A stretch of 64,000 nucleotides of DNA from Methanothrix sp. (lineage in GTDB: Archaea; Halobacteriota; Methanosarcinia; Methanotrichales; Methanotrichaceae). The notes under the pieces were generated by a model. It did no database searches and was not told the DNA's origin. It worked only from the letters and a program-made list of their open reading frames with translations. This document shows, piece after piece, positions 40,115 to 51,725 of this stretch. The stretch lies in contig OY821645.1 in the NCBI GenBank assembly GCA_963682135.1, positions 576,001 to 640,000 of the forward strand, written 5' to 3'. The number at the start of each line of letters is the position of its first letter. Position 1 is the stretch's first letter. The position numbers were made by a program, and so were the translations under genes.

Positions 40115-40386
40115 GACAGGACTATTACTATCAAGAATATGGATATTACTATGATGACTATTCTAGATCTGGAATGTGCCAGCGCACATTTAATTAAACT
40201 TAAATAGTTAAAAATACAGGTAATCTATTGGAGCCTTCTCCCCTGCAAAACTCCCTTTCGCAATTGAAGGCTCGCGCTCCCCTTCTATTCTGCAAGTTTA
40301 TTAAGTTCTCCGGCAGCCCATTTGAGGTGATTGTGCCACGGCCCGATTCGGTTCCACCGGACGCAAGGCAGCGAATGCCAGACCTT

Positions 40387-41310
40387 TTACTCAAACTCAA
40401 TTGTCCCCGGAGGCTTGGGGGTCAGATCGTAAACCACTCTGGCAACAGTCGGAATCTCGCCTGTGATGCGACTGGAGATGCACTTGAGCGTCTCCCAGGG
40501 AAGCTCCATTGCCTCCGCAGTCATTGCATCTCGGGAGGATACGGAACGAACAGCTACTACCCAGCCATAGACCCGGATATCGCCTTTTACGCCTGTGGCT
40601 TTGCCAAGCAGTGCAGCAAAAGCCTGCCAGGGGTTGAATTTCTCGATCTCTTCTTCCACGATGGAATTGGCTTTGCGTACTATATCCAGCTTCTCGGCTG
40701 TAACTTCGCCCACGATGCGCACCGCCAAGCCTGGTCCGGGATAGGGCATCCTCTCGCTGATCTCTTGGGGAAGGCCCAGAGCCCTGGCCACTTCGCGAAC
40801 CTCGTCCTTGTAAAGGTCGCGCAGGGGCTCGATTATGGTCTTGAAATCCATGCAAGTTGGTAGGCCCCCCACATTATGATGAGCCTTGATTCCACCATCA
40901 GACTCTATTCTGTCCGGGTAAATGGTGCCCTGCATGAGGCATCCGCCTCCGATTTTGCGTGACTCCTCCTCAAAGACACGGATGAAGGTCTCGCCCACGA
41001 TCATCCTCTTCTCTTCCGGGTCCGTGACCCCTTTCAAAGCATTGAGGAAACGCTCATGAGCATTCACGCGCACCAGACCGATGCCCTGAAAGAGCTGCTC
41101 AATTCGGTCCGACTCAAACTGCCTCATGAGCCCAGAGTCCACATAAACAGGAACCAAGCGATCCCCAATAGCGCGATGGGCCAGCATGGCGCATACCGAG
41201 CTGTCCACGCCACCCGATAACCCTATGATGGCGCGTCCCGATACATCGCGCCTGATTTCCTCGATGGCGTTCTCAATGAAACGTTGCACATTCATGGCCA
41301 TGATTAGCAT
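40387..41310 (-). CDS. guaAB: GMP synthase subunit B
   Basis: [38 protein letters not shown]. Confidence 0.93.
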   Translation of the reverse strand: MLIMAMNVQRFIENAIEEIRRDVSGRAIIGLSGGVDSSVCAMLAHRAIGDRLVPVYVDSGLMRQFESDRIEQLFQGIGLVRVNAHERFLNALKGVTDPEEKRMIVGETFIRVFEEESRKIGGGCLMQGTIYPDRIESDGGIKAHHNVGGLPTCMDFKTIIEPLRDLYKDEVREVARALGLPQEISERMPYPGPGLAVRIVGEVTAEKLDIVRKANSIVEEEIEKFNPWQAFAALLGKATGVKGDIRVYGWVVAVRSVSSRDAMTAEAMELPWETLKCISSRITGEIPTVARVVYDLTPKPPGTIEFE

Positions 41311-41544
41311 GCCCGAGTTTGAGGATAATAGGCTTGCGGTTATGATTCGTGCTTATCTAGATGAGGCCAATATGACCCGTATCTGAAAAAAAAGGCTATA
41401 AATTATGAGAGAGATGGATATGCTGGCGAGAAGGGAGTTGGGGGCTCGCCGTTAAGACCTCCTCAAGAGAGGGCCTTCCTCCGGCCCTCTCAACCAATAA
41501 GAATCACAATCAATGGAATTTTGCCAATAACCAGGGTGTAGGAA

Positions 41545-42198
41545 ATGAATTACTTCAAAGCCTTGATGTGCATGACAGCGCTCGCCGCATGTCTGCTGAC
41601 CGGTATTGCATGGGGAGAAGACTATCTGGAGGGCGGATATGTGAGCAGTTACGATCGCTCTGCAATGATGGATAAAGGAATTGCCGGCATGGTACAGTGG
41701 CTGGACCTGCCCGTTCCAGGCAGCGCCTTTGCGCCCTACAAAGAGTACTACAAGACTACCGTTTCACCCACAATGTTCGTAATGAGCGATGCGGTGAGCA
41801 GCCCGGTCCAGTATGATATCACCGGACAGATGCCCGCCGGGGTGTACTACAGAAACGGCCAGTGGCTGTCCTACGCCACCTATGCTACGTCGCGGATCAC
41901 CCAGAGCAATGATCTCTGGATATCGGGCCAGACCAACTGGACCCAGTATGCGGCAATCCCTGTCGGTTCATCGCTTCAACTGCTGGCCAATGTACCATCG
42001 GGCGGGATAGGGAGCTTCTTCAAGTTGATCCAGACCAATACCATCAGCACCGATTATAAGACCGCTCAGTTCAATTTGGGATACAGCAGCATGAGCTTTA
42101 TCGCCGGGCAGACGGGAAGGCACATGCTCTACTTTGTGGTGAACAATCAGCCGAGCAATGTGGTCATTGTGGATGTGTTCTCCCAGGCCCTTGGATAA
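41545..42198 (+). CDS. Secreted hypothetical protein with the aromatic-rich domain
   Basis: Signal peptide; LWISGQTNWTQYA...GRHMLYF...SNVVIVDV. Confidence 0.75.
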   Translation: MNYFKALMCMTALAACLLTGIAWGEDYLEGGYVSSYDRSAMMDKGIAGMVQWLDLPVPGSAFAPYKEYYKTTVSPTMFVMSDAVSSPVQYDITGQMPAGVYYRNGQWLSYATYATSRITQSNDLWISGQTNWTQYAAIPVGSSLQLLANVPSGGIGSFFKLIQTNTISTDYKTAQFNLGYSSMSFIAGQTGRHMLYFVVNNQPSNVVIVDVFSQALG

Positions 42199-42253
42199 AT
42201 GATTGCAGTGCTAGGGCGGAGACATTTCCGCCTTCACGTTCAATTTCCATCGA

Positions 42254-43795
42254 TCACGATGATGGTTGACCATCCTCCATCGGGCAGATGCATTCCAGCC
42301 ACTCTTTCTCTGGACTTATGGTCTTGTTGGCCCACTTCCATCTGGTCCTGCCCGCTAGTGTGAAGTTGCCGGCAAGATGCGTATCGGTGAAGCCATTCGG
42401 CCAGTAAGCTGAGCGATCTGCCTGGCCCTGGAACTGAGCGGCCGTCTCCAGATAAGAGAGCGTCTTGCCCAGCTGTGCCCGATAGCTGAGGTTGAGGTCC
42501 TTGCCTTCATAGTATCTATCGCTCCAACGAATATCCCGGTAATCGTTCTCAGTCCGCAGATTTGCAGACCAATCCCCTTGCAGAGAAAGGGGGATGCTTT
42601 TTAGGGAGAGATTTACAGAGACTGGAGAGAATTCGGCAAGGATGTTGCGCTCCGCGCTGATGCTGATGGAATCATATGTCAGCTTCTCATCTGACTGATA
42701 ATCGCCCGTTCCATGCTCGCCGAATGCGAGAGTCGATCCAATTATCGGCCGGATTCTGGTAGTGGCTGATGCCGAGTAGTTGAACTCGCCAGCCATGATA
42801 TGCACATTGTTCGTGATAAGATAGCCTTCAAACTCGGTAGAAAGCATACCAGCGCTGGACATAAATCCCTTGCCGGAAACGCGGCCATCGATGATGCCCT
42901 TAGCGGCGGGCTTGCGGCTCCTCATCTTGATCACGATCTGGCCGTGCGCGCCCGGCGCAAGTTGGGAAAAGGTCCAGGTGTCGAAGGTGCCGGGATCGGG
43001 CGAGGGATAGGACACGATGAATACCGTTCGCGGATCGTATTGCTCTTTGACAGTCAAATCGACAGGTTCCATCCCATTATTTCCGTAGGTTATGGTGTAG
43101 GTTATCAGCCCACCCGCAGTCGCGGAAGATGGGCCGTCTTTGATATCCTCTTTCTCCAGAGGCTCGAAACTGATAATCTCATCGCCGATCTTAATATAAT
43201 CGATAAGAGCAGATGTTTCGGATGCATTGACATCCTTATAAATCGTGATATAAATTTTCACAATTCTCTTGCCCTCCAGCCTGCCCTTGCAGTCATCGAG
43301 ACTTTCGGGCGGGAATTCGTCGTCTTTGTACTTCTCATATTGCAGATCAAATCCATCCAGCTCATTCCAGGTATTATTGGACATCCCCGCTTTAGAGCAT
43401 AATTTTTTCTGCGAGAGAATCCTGGCATCCAGCATATTCTTGCTATCGTAACTGTCGTCCCCATCGCCATCAAAGTAGAGCTCAACCTGCACCGATCCAT
43501 CACCAGATTGAGGATATATCCACATGCTGAACTGATCAAGATCTTCGAGTGGCAGAGGCGGGTCCAGATAAATATAGATGCGGGCATAATTTCCTTCGCT
43601 ATTTATGGTTAGCTCTGCACTGTTGCCGCCTTGAAAGCTCTGTTTAGTAGAGACGCAAGCATCAGCATTCTTTAGCTTGCTGAGACGATAATCCAGATCA
43701 GTAAGACCGGTGGAACTTAATACATCCATCTGCAGAAAGATCATGATAATTAACATAACAGTAAGTGATCGATTGTATTGCAATGGCTTGCTCAT
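42254..43795 (-). CDS. Secreted protein with a DUF11-like Ig domain
   Basis: N-terminal hydrophobic segment; GGLITYTITYGNNG...V.SYPSPD...WTFSQLAPG. Confidence 0.7.
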   Translation of the reverse strand: MSKPLQYNRSLTVMLIIMIFLQMDVLSSTGLTDLDYRLSKLKNADACVSTKQSFQGGNSAELTINSEGNYARIYIYLDPPLPLEDLDQFSMWIYPQSGDGSVQVELYFDGDGDDSYDSKNMLDARILSQKKLCSKAGMSNNTWNELDGFDLQYEKYKDDEFPPESLDDCKGRLEGKRIVKIYITIYKDVNASETSALIDYIKIGDEIISFEPLEKEDIKDGPSSATAGGLITYTITYGNNGMEPVDLTVKEQYDPRTVFIVSYPSPDPGTFDTWTFSQLAPGAHGQIVIKMRSRKPAAKGIIDGRVSGKGFMSSAGMLSTEFEGYLITNNVHIMAGEFNYSASATTRIRPIIGSTLAFGEHGTGDYQSDEKLTYDSISISAERNILAEFSPVSVNLSLKSIPLSLQGDWSANLRTENDYRDIRWSDRYYEGKDLNLSYRAQLGKTLSYLETAAQFQGQADRSAYWPNGFTDTHLAGNFTLAGRTRWKWANKTISPEKEWLECICPMEDGQPSS

Positions 43796-44000
43796 ACATA
43801 TGCATATTTTCGTAACTGTAGAAATAAGATTCGCTCGACAAAACGAGAGAATCTAGCTATAGCCAATTTGCATCATTTCATCTTAATCACAAACTACCTA
43901 GATCAGGTCTACATAACATCTACATGAAAAAAAGGGTTATTAACTTCGCCGATAACCGACTATTCGGCGGGGTAGGAGAGTGGGGACTTGTCCTTACCGC

Positions 44001-44041
44001 CTGAGCAGGAGGAATGGGAAAGGGGGTAGCCTCCTGCTCAG
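44001..44041. terminator. 12-bp perfect inverted repeat just downstream of the kinase gene
   Basis: ctgagcaggagg...cctcctgctcag. Confidence 0.4.
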
Positions 44042-44059
44042 AATCCCTTAATTCGATTG

Positions 44060-47000
44060 TTAATTATTGCCGCTACCCGTCAGTTCCTCTTCGCTCTTCT
44101 CTATGACTCGTCTCAGTTCCTCGATTACTATGGGTTTGCTGATGTAATCATCCATGCCGGCTGCCAGGCACCTTTCCCGGTCGCCTTTGAGGGCGTAGGC
44201 AGTGATGGCTATAATCCTGGGCCCCTTGGGCCATAGCTTGCGGATCTCTTGAGCGGCCGCCAGGCCATCCATCTCCGGCATCTGTACATCCATGAGAATC
44301 ACATCATAGGGCTGCCGCTCTATTGCCTGCAAGACCTCTAGACCATTGCCGACCACATCTGCGCTGTAGCCGAGCCTCTTTAACATCTGAATAGCAACCA
44401 TCTGGTTGATGGTGTTGTCTTCTGCCAGCAAAATGCGCAGTGGTCTAAATCCTTTTTTGCTGGAGACCGCTCCGGTCTCCCTGAAGCCGGGATCGACGGG
44501 GATAGATATCCTTTCCGCCTCCTCGACCTGGATTGTAAAATGGAAAGTGGAGCCCAATCCCGGCTTGCTGACCACCCATATCTCACCTGCCATCAGCTCC
44601 ACCAGCCTGCGACTGATGGCCAGGCCCAGACCGGTTCCGCCGTACTTGCGTGTGGTAGTGGAATCTACCTGAGAGAAAGATTGAAACAGTCGGTCCATCT
44701 TTTCCTCAGGAATTCCAATGCCTGTATCGCTAATGGAAAAATGCAGCTCATATTGCTTGCCATCTGGGGCCACTATCGGCGTTCCTATCACTGAGATATC
44801 TATCGTCCCATCATGCGTGAATTTGACGGCATTGCCCAACAAGTTGACCAATACCTGACGAAGCCTGGTAACATCGCCTTTGAAGTATTCAGGAATCGAT
44901 TGATCAAGTTCATATTTCACAACCAGCCCCTTTTGATCCGCAGCCGCCTTCACCAGATCTACAGCCACAGCAATGCATTCTCGCAGATGGAAGGGCTGTC
45001 TCTCCAGCTCCATCTTGCCGCTCTCAATCTTGGAATAGTCCAGTATCTCATTTATAACCGAGAGCAAGGTATTGCCGGAGCTTCTTACAGTCTCTACATA
45101 ATCTCTCTCTTGTGCGGACAGGTCCGAGTTCAATAGCAAACCGGTAAGACCCAATACGGCATTGAGGGGCGTTCTGATCTCGTGACTCATATTGGCCAGG
45201 AAGTCTGATTTTGACCTGACTGCCGCCTCTGCGGCCTCTTTTGCCTCAATGAGACGATCTTCTGCCTGCTTTTTCTCTGTGATGTCGCGGATGGACTCTA
45301 TGGCCCCAAAGACGTTGCCGACAGAGTCATAGAGAACAGCAGCGCTGCCCAAGAGATAGACGATTCCGCCTTGCATGTTGGGCATGTAGGATTCTCCCCT
45401 GAGAACACTTCCTTTCTTTTCGATCTGGTTGTAACTGCTTTCGATATCTCTGTCAGCTTTTAAAATCAGATCGATGAGTATGGGCCGGCGAGTTCCATAA
45501 AAAGGTAATGCATACTCATAATTGCCCTTCCCGATCATATCTCTAGCCAAGATGCCGGTCATGGCCTCGATGGCCTTGTTCCAGGCTACCACTTTCCCAT
45601 CCCTATCGATGACAAAGGTAGCATCAGGCAAAAAATCAATGATGTCCATCAGGCGCTGCTCCGATTCCGCCAGGGACTCCTCGGCCCGCTTGCGCTCAGT
45701 AATATCGGTGAGTAAATTCAATGTGGCAGGTCTGCCTTGCCATTCAATCAAGGTCGCATTGATTTCCACCCACTTGACATTTCCTTTTGCAGTTAATACT
45801 CGAAAGGCATAGCTTGGCGGAGCGGCCTCATTTGCGATCCGTCGCCGGTAATTTTCAACCACCATGCTCCGATCATCCGGGTGGATGAACTCGGGAAATG
45901 GTCTATCAATGAGTTCCTGCTGCGAATCTACTTCTAACAGTCTAAGCATCATGGGATTGACAAACTTAAGCAGGCCATCTTGCGCGACGATTATTGATTC
46001 GTTAGCGTTGTTTATCAGCAGGCTATATTTTTTCTCGCTCTCGCGCAGCGCTTCCTCGGCCAGCTTGCGAGAAGTGATGTCCAAACCGACGGCTTGATAG
46101 CGGATGGGCTGCCCCTGCTCATTAAAAAATGCACGGTTGGTCCACTCTTGGTAGACCACTCTGCCGTCCGGCTTAAGATATCGTTGTTCGTGGATCTCAA
46201 TGGGATGCTGCGGTGTAAGCGTGCCCAGAATTTCTCTGACCTTTTTCTGGTCGGCAGGGGACAGGAATTCGAAGAAGTTTTTCCCGATCATATCCTCGGG
46301 TGCCTGGTCTTGCAATGCCGCCAGCGTCTTGTTCAGATAGGTCAGAGTGCCGTTGGGAAGAAACGCCGAAACAAAAACAGGCATGTCCTCAGACAACTGC
46401 CGGTAGCGCTCCTCGCTCACCCGCAATGCCTCCTCCGCCCTCTTGCGGTCGGTGATATCTCGAGTCACTCCCACGAGATACTCATTTCCTGACTTGTCTT
46501 TATAGGGCGTCTTCTTAACCAGGACGGTGCGAGTGATGCCAGGAGCGTAGGTGTTCGTCTCCTCGTTTACGTTCTCCACTCCTGTGGTAAATACCTCCTC
46601 GTCCTTCTGCCAGGAGACCCCAGCATCTTCCTGGGAGGGGAACAGCTCATAAGCGGTCCTGCCCAAAATATTCTCTCTTGAGCGATTGAAGAGTCTGCAA
46701 GAGGCATCATTGACCAGAATAATCCGGTGCTGCCTGTCCTTGACATGAATCGGATCACCGATGGAATTGATTATTTTGTCGAGGGAATCTCGAGTATCTG
46801 TCAGGGCCTGATTGGCTATTTCCAGTTCTGCAGTTCTCTGCAGGACCCTCTTCTCCAGTTCGTCATGGGCCCTTTTTAGCTGTTCATCGACCATCTTGCT
46901 CTTTGTGACATCCCGGGCAATGCCTACCAGAAACTGGTTGCCGACTTCATCTACATACAAGGTCTTCTTGGTGACCATGGTATGAACAATGCCCCGGCCA

Positions 47001-47419
47001 TCAGTCATCAGTTCTTCATTGACGCTCTCTCTTCCTGTAGTAAATACGGCTTCATCCATTTCCCAGAAAACGTCCGCCTGCTCTTTGGGGAAGAAATCAA
47101 AACAGGTCTTGCCGATCATTTCGTCAGGTCTTTGGCCGGCCAATTTGCTTTCGGCGGCGTTGATCAATATATACCGGTGCCGCCTATCTTTGACGAATAG
47201 AGGATCTGTAAACGAATTAAGAATCCTTTCCAGAAAGAGATGCTCCGATTTTTCTGCACTGCTCTCTTCTTCGAGAATTTTTTCTATGGCAATCAGATCT
47301 GTGGATACATCGGATAGCGTTTCGCCCAAGCATGCCGGAACGGATACGCTCTTGATCCTGAGATCATCTAATCGAGCGCGAAGCTGGCATATTCTGTGCA
47401 GTGCCTCATCGAATTGCAT
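44060..47419 (-). CDS. Multi-PAS hybrid sensor histidine kinase/response regulator
   Basis: Five PAS/PAC repeats, [21 protein letters not shown], receiver domain [11 protein letters not shown]. Confidence 0.93.
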   Translation of the reverse strand: MQFDEALHRICQLRARLDDLRIKSVSVPACLGETLSDVSTDLIAIEKILEEESSAEKSEHLFLERILNSFTDPLFVKDRRHRYILINAAESKLAGQRPDEMIGKTCFDFFPKEQADVFWEMDEAVFTTGRESVNEELMTDGRGIVHTMVTKKTLYVDEVGNQFLVGIARDVTKSKMVDEQLKRAHDELEKRVLQRTAELEIANQALTDTRDSLDKIINSIGDPIHVKDRQHRIILVNDASCRLFNRSRENILGRTAYELFPSQEDAGVSWQKDEEVFTTGVENVNEETNTYAPGITRTVLVKKTPYKDKSGNEYLVGVTRDITDRKRAEEALRVSEERYRQLSEDMPVFVSAFLPNGTLTYLNKTLAALQDQAPEDMIGKNFFEFLSPADQKKVREILGTLTPQHPIEIHEQRYLKPDGRVVYQEWTNRAFFNEQGQPIRYQAVGLDITSRKLAEEALRESEKKYSLLINNANESIIVAQDGLLKFVNPMMLRLLEVDSQQELIDRPFPEFIHPDDRSMVVENYRRRIANEAAPPSYAFRVLTAKGNVKWVEINATLIEWQGRPATLNLLTDITERKRAEESLAESEQRLMDIIDFLPDATFVIDRDGKVVAWNKAIEAMTGILARDMIGKGNYEYALPFYGTRRPILIDLILKADRDIESSYNQIEKKGSVLRGESYMPNMQGGIVYLLGSAAVLYDSVGNVFGAIESIRDITEKKQAEDRLIEAKEAAEAAVRSKSDFLANMSHEIRTPLNAVLGLTGLLLNSDLSAQERDYVETVRSSGNTLLSVINEILDYSKIESGKMELERQPFHLRECIAVAVDLVKAAADQKGLVVKYELDQSIPEYFKGDVTRLRQVLVNLLGNAVKFTHDGTIDISVIGTPIVAPDGKQYELHFSISDTGIGIPEEKMDRLFQSFSQVDSTTTRKYGGTGLGLAISRRLVELMAGEIWVVSKPGLGSTFHFTIQVEEAERISIPVDPGFRETGAVSSKKGFRPLRILLAEDNTINQMVAIQMLKRLGYSADVVGNGLEVLQAIERQPYDVILMDVQMPEMDGLAAAQEIRKLWPKGPRIIAITAYALKGDRERCLAAGMDDYISKPIVIEELRRVIEKSEEELTGSGNN

Positions 47420-47943
47420 TTCATGTCCTGGAAGCAGATAGCTTTGCTTAAGCGGTTCTACGAATCCAAAATCTTCATAGACCTAACCTCTCCAATTATG
47501 CATGTTTGTGATAAATAATTTTCCCCTAAATTGATATTTAACCCTGGTGCAACTGGAGGAACTCACACCAGTGATTCAGGCGAAATGGCACGGCTCCAAT
47601 GTGGTGAAGCTTACTTAAAAGGAGAGCTTGGGCAGCCCAAGATGCTCCTGCCAGGTGCCAGAGGCGCGCTGGACTGGATTGGGCGTATCGTATACGGCCT
47701 ACAGTTATACGGATGCTATTGGGGGAAATGGATCGGTTGAACTGGGATAGGGGGCTCATTTCTTCTTGCCTTTTTTATAAGCACACTCATATTATCGAAA
47801 TGCTTTTTAATTCGTGAGGTAGATTATGATATCGCCAAAAAGGAAGTCAGGGGGTACTTCCTAGAAGAGTTGAAAAAAGAAGGACGCCTGGAGGTTCTCT
47901 GAAGGATGGACCTTCAAAGAAGCTGGACGTATACCAATCTCAT

Positions 47944-49926
47944 TCATTTCTCGGCAGGCTGCTGCTGGCTTATGCAGTGCACCGTCCCCAGGCCGTGCAC
48001 CATCTCCCGGCAGTTGATGCCGACGACCCGCCTATCCGGGAAGGCCTCCTGGATGATTCTGAGTGCCACAGAATCGTTCCTGTGCCCGAAGACCGGCACC
48101 ATGACCACATCGTTGCCGATGTAGAAGTTGGCGTAGCTGGCGGGCAGCCGCCGCTCTGCGCCCACCTTTCCCGGCATGGGCAGCCTGATCACCTTGAGCG
48201 CGCAGCCGTCCTGGTCGGTCTCCCGGCAGAGCTGCTCGTAGTTCTGCTTGAGGACCGGGTAGTTTTCATCCTCTGCATCATCCTCGTAAGCGCAAAGCAC
48301 GGTGTTCGGGCCGACGAACCTGGCAATATCGTCCACATGCCCGTCCGTGTCGTCCCCGGATATGCCCTCTTTGAGCCAGATGACCTTGCTTATGCCCAGG
48401 TATTCCTTGAGATAACTCTCGATCTTCTCTTTGTTCAGGGCAGGGTTTCGGTTCTTATTGAGCAGGCACTGCTCCGTGGTCAGAACCGTCCCGCAGCCGT
48501 TCACATCGATGGAGCCGCCCTCCAGGACGATGCCAGGCCAGAAGTACTCCATCTTGAGGTCTTCGTTGATGAGTCCGCCAATTCTGCTGTCACCCATCAG
48601 CTCCGCATATTTCTCGCCCCAGGCGTTGAAGATCCAATTTACCGCGGCTACGCTCCTCTCCGGCTCATTCTTCCGGTTTACGACAAATGTGGGACCGTAG
48701 TCTCTGAACCACACATCCGCATAGCTTATCACGTGGAAGTGAACGCGGTGCAAATCGACCATTTCTTCTTTCAGCCGGTCCACGACATCGTTTTGCATCA
48801 TTTCGTCTTTGACCAGCAGGTTGACAATCTCGCTCTTGTGAATGGCTTTGATGATGGCCAGGTATGCCTTCTCCACCGCCTCGATCTCAGGGAAGCTGTC
48901 CAGATCGTAAGGCCAGGAGAGCCAGATGGCCTCGTGACGCTCCCACTCTGCCGGCATGTGGTAGCCCAAAGAGCGGGGCGTCTCTTGCCGACAGATCCCT
49001 ATCCCTTCCTTAGCCTTTCGATCCAGCCCTTCCTCATCCTGCACCATCTCGATGAGCGGCCAGTAGACATCAGGCCTGCGGTTGCGGAAAAAGCCCCAGC
49101 CCTTGCGCACCGCCTCATTCATGGCCAGATCCAGCTCCACCACCAGCGTCTCCTCCTCACTGCTGCCGGCCCGGGCCAGGATCTTGCCAAAGCAGTCGCA
49201 GACAAAGGAGCTGCCCCAAAAGATCAGGTCATCCTCGCAGCCCACCCTATTAGCCGCAGCCACGCAGACGCTATTGGCAATGGCGTGGCCTCTTTGCACT
49301 GTCTCCCAGGCATCATGCCAATCGCCCTCAGATGGGTCCTCCTCGCCCTTTATCCAGCCGATGGCCGTGGGATAGAAGATAATCTGCGCTCCGCTCAGCG
49401 CAGCAGCGCGCGCTGCTTCCGGGAACCACTGGTCATAGCAGATGAGTGCGGCAAATTTGGCATAGCGGGTATCGTAAACCCGGATCTCCTCTCCGGGAGT
49501 AAAATAGCTTTTCTCGTAAAAGAGAGGATCGTGAGGAATGTGCACTTTGCGATAGGTGGGAAGAAGGCTGCCGTCTGCATCAATCACAGCCACGGAGTTG
49601 TAGAATTCGCCTTCGTCATGCTCGAAGATGGGCACTATTATCACTATCTGCAGCTCTTCTGCCAGCGTGGAAAAGGCCTGCGTGGAAGGGCCAGGGATGG
49701 TCTCAGCCAGAGCAGCGGCATCTTCGCCATCCCACTGCGGAAAGTAGCGCGTGCGGAAAAGCTCCTGCAGGCAGACGATCCGGGCTCCTTTGCTTGCTGC
49801 CTCTCTTACCTTTTCTACAGTTCTCATCAGATTTAGATAGAGGTCTTCGCTAACATTGGTTTGAATCAATGCGATGCTGACTCTGGACGGAGGTTTATCT
49901 ACCGGCATATTCTTCCCCAATTGCAT
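47944..49926 (-). CDS. Fused N-carbamoylputrescine amidase (nitrilase) and agmatine deiminase
   Basis: N-terminal LQELF, YRKVHIP, ICYDQWFPE; C-terminal MPAEWE, WFRDYGP, EGGSI, TDGHVD, GTVHCISQQQP. Confidence 0.88.
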   Translation of the reverse strand: MQLGKNMPVDKPPSRVSIALIQTNVSEDLYLNLMRTVEKVREAASKGARIVCLQELFRTRYFPQWDGEDAAALAETIPGPSTQAFSTLAEELQIVIIVPIFEHDEGEFYNSVAVIDADGSLLPTYRKVHIPHDPLFYEKSYFTPGEEIRVYDTRYAKFAALICYDQWFPEAARAAALSGAQIIFYPTAIGWIKGEEDPSEGDWHDAWETVQRGHAIANSVCVAAANRVGCEDDLIFWGSSFVCDCFGKILARAGSSEEETLVVELDLAMNEAVRKGWGFFRNRRPDVYWPLIEMVQDEEGLDRKAKEGIGICRQETPRSLGYHMPAEWERHEAIWLSWPYDLDSFPEIEAVEKAYLAIIKAIHKSEIVNLLVKDEMMQNDVVDRLKEEMVDLHRVHFHVISYADVWFRDYGPTFVVNRKNEPERSVAAVNWIFNAWGEKYAELMGDSRIGGLINEDLKMEYFWPGIVLEGGSIDVNGCGTVLTTEQCLLNKNRNPALNKEKIESYLKEYLGISKVIWLKEGISGDDTDGHVDDIARFVGPNTVLCAYEDDAEDENYPVLKQNYEQLCRETDQDGCALKVIRLPMPGKVGAERRLPASYANFYIGNDVVMVPVFGHRNDSVALRIIQEAFPDRRVVGINCREMVHGLGTVHCISQQQPAEK

Positions 49927-49953
49927 TGCTATTGAGCGCGCTGGTTTAACTAG

Positions 49954-50355
49954 ATGGCGGGAATTTCAATTGATGCAGCCGCATGTATTCGATCACATCC
50001 AGCGGGAACCTGGCATAATTCCGGCGGCTCTCTGGCGGTTCCTATTGGGCGGTGGAGGGTGGAGTATGCAGCTGACCTGGAGGTTACGAGGGCCGCGGCG
50101 GGGGCGCTGGACGTCTTTGCGACCCTGTCCATGGCGGCCAGATCGGAGGTGAATAAGGAGGCCACGACGAAGATGGGCATCAGCTCCGGGGTTTCTATGA
50201 GGGGATCCGTAAGCCATTGCGGCTTCCTGTTGGATCTGGCAGCCAAAGCGACATACTATCTGAACTGCAAGACGGGTCAGGCGTCCATGACGGCGATCGC
50301 CTTCAAGGGAAGCGAGCAGAAGACGAAGGTGAGGGCGGTGTGCGCTTATTCATGA
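49954..50355 (+). CDS. Hypothetical protein or gene fragment
   Basis: 133-aa GC-rich ORF at the edge of the second accessory region; no recognisable motif. Confidence 0.35.
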   Translation: MAGISIDAAACIRSHPAGTWHNSGGSLAVPIGRWRVEYAADLEVTRAAAGALDVFATLSMAARSEVNKEATTKMGISSGVSMRGSVSHCGFLLDLAAKATYYLNCKTGQASMTAIAFKGSEQKTKVRAVCAYS

Positions 50356-50548
50356 TGGATGGTCGGATCGAATCTCTGCAGTACATCTAGCTTTACGGTG
50401 GCGGGTTCCACCGGGTTTTTACTTCTGGAGCGCGGAGGGTCACGAATATCCAGACCTTCAGTTTGGTAATGAAGTGAACCATCGCACGTTTTTTTCTGCT
50501 CTCTTAAATCGACAAGACATCACTTCTTTCTAAATTGAGGGCGGCAGC

Positions 50549-50949
50549 GCCTCCGCCGGCTCCCGGCGCGACGGATCGATAGCAAGCTTCTTTCCGTTCC
50601 TCTTGAGCACCGCCAAAAAGCTCGCATAATCATGCTCGTAGTAGCCCTGTAGCTTTGTCTTGGGCGTGAGATCCTCCACATTGGCTCCCAGGCAGCTCTC
50701 CAGCCAGCCAAGGAAGCCCTTGATATCCTGGCTAGCTTCTGCCAGGTTCATCTCCAGCATCCTCTCTGCCAGGAAGGCCTGGTGAATCGTGCACTACATC
50801 CGATTTCTCCTGTTCGGTGATGAAATTGCCAGCCTTGTCTTTGGGCAGGCAGGCATCCACCAGGGCCCCAATCTCGGCGTGCTTGCCATCGGCATAGAGC
50901 TGCATCAGCTCCGCCCCCAGGCGGGCGCGCTCGGGCGCGGGAGTGGTGA
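50549..50949 (-). pseudogene. Diverged duplicate of the 3' end of the Type IIG R-M gene
   Basis: Direct repeat of 51874-52270 (TTPAPERARLGAELMQLYADGKH...LTPKTKLQGYYEHDY...RREPAEAL), frameshifted, no start. Confidence 0.85.
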
Positions 50950-50973
50950 CAACTAGAAATATCGCTGTTAAAA

Positions 50974-51479
50974 TTATGAAAAGATCTCATCCACATTTTT
51001 GGGATGCATCACTACGAGCGGAAAAGCATCTGGAATTCTGTATTTCCTCAGGGTTTTATCTGTTGTTATGAGATAATCGAGATCATAAGCCATAGCATAG
51101 CCCAAATGAACCAAATCCGTTGGGCTCAGCCTGCTATCACGAACAGATTCATCCATATAGAGATTATAGCAAGCTACGGCCACAGCCTTGTTCGGGCGAA
51201 GAACGACTATATCTAATCCTTGCCAAAATCCAATCAGCTTATAGAGATCTTCAATACAGAATTTGCCCTCTTGTTCGCCGTTTTGCCCTCCTTGAAGGCA
51301 CAAGCTGACGATTTCCGCAAATACCGACACGGGAATACAGAGCTCTACGCGGGGGTGTCCGCTCGCGCGGCTCAAAAATTTTTTATTTCTCGGGGGAAAA
51401 TGTCCTTCTTTCTGAGCTCATCGCGATTGTGGTCAATGACAGCGTATAAGAAAATATCTGAATCTACAGCGATGCGCAT
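50974..51479 (-). pseudogene. PIN-domain toxin frameshifted at an A6T5 run near 51375
   Basis: MRIAVDSDIFLY...IKNF* then another frame continues LSRASG...VFAEI...TDLVHLGYA...LITTD. Confidence 0.75.
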
Positions 51480-51484
51480 TGTTT

Positions 51485-51640
51485 TTAGCCACCAAAAGCG
51501 CTCTGAATTTTTCTTACCATTGCTTCCTCTTCTTCTTCGGTTAAGGCCCAAACCACTCTACCGAATAAATCCGTGGCTCCTCCGTGTGGCAGAGGGTCCT
51601 TCTCGGAGTCAAAGAGTTGATCAAATGGAATTTTTGGCAT
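51485..51640 (-). CDS. Small acidic protein, putative antitoxin (51 aa)
   Basis: MPKIPFDQLFDSEKDPLPHGGATDLFGRVVWALTEEEEEAMVRKIQSAFGG, 5 bp upstream of the PIN start. Confidence 0.55.
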   Translation of the reverse strand: MPKIPFDQLFDSEKDPLPHGGATDLFGRVVWALTEEEEEAMVRKIQSAFGG

Positions 51641-51725
51641 TTTAAAGCACATCCACGATTGTCCTTGATCTTGGCATCATTCCCGTTATTATACTTTTGG
51701 GCAGTTTGCCCGTCGTGAATTATTA

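Noticed and set aside
47531-47759. Short overlapping ORFs between the kinase and deiminase genes
   Set aside because: No recognisable motif or coding signal on either strand
47977-49836. 619-aa plus-strand ORF
   Set aside because: Antisense shadow of the GC-rich nitrilase/agmatine deiminase gene; no motifs
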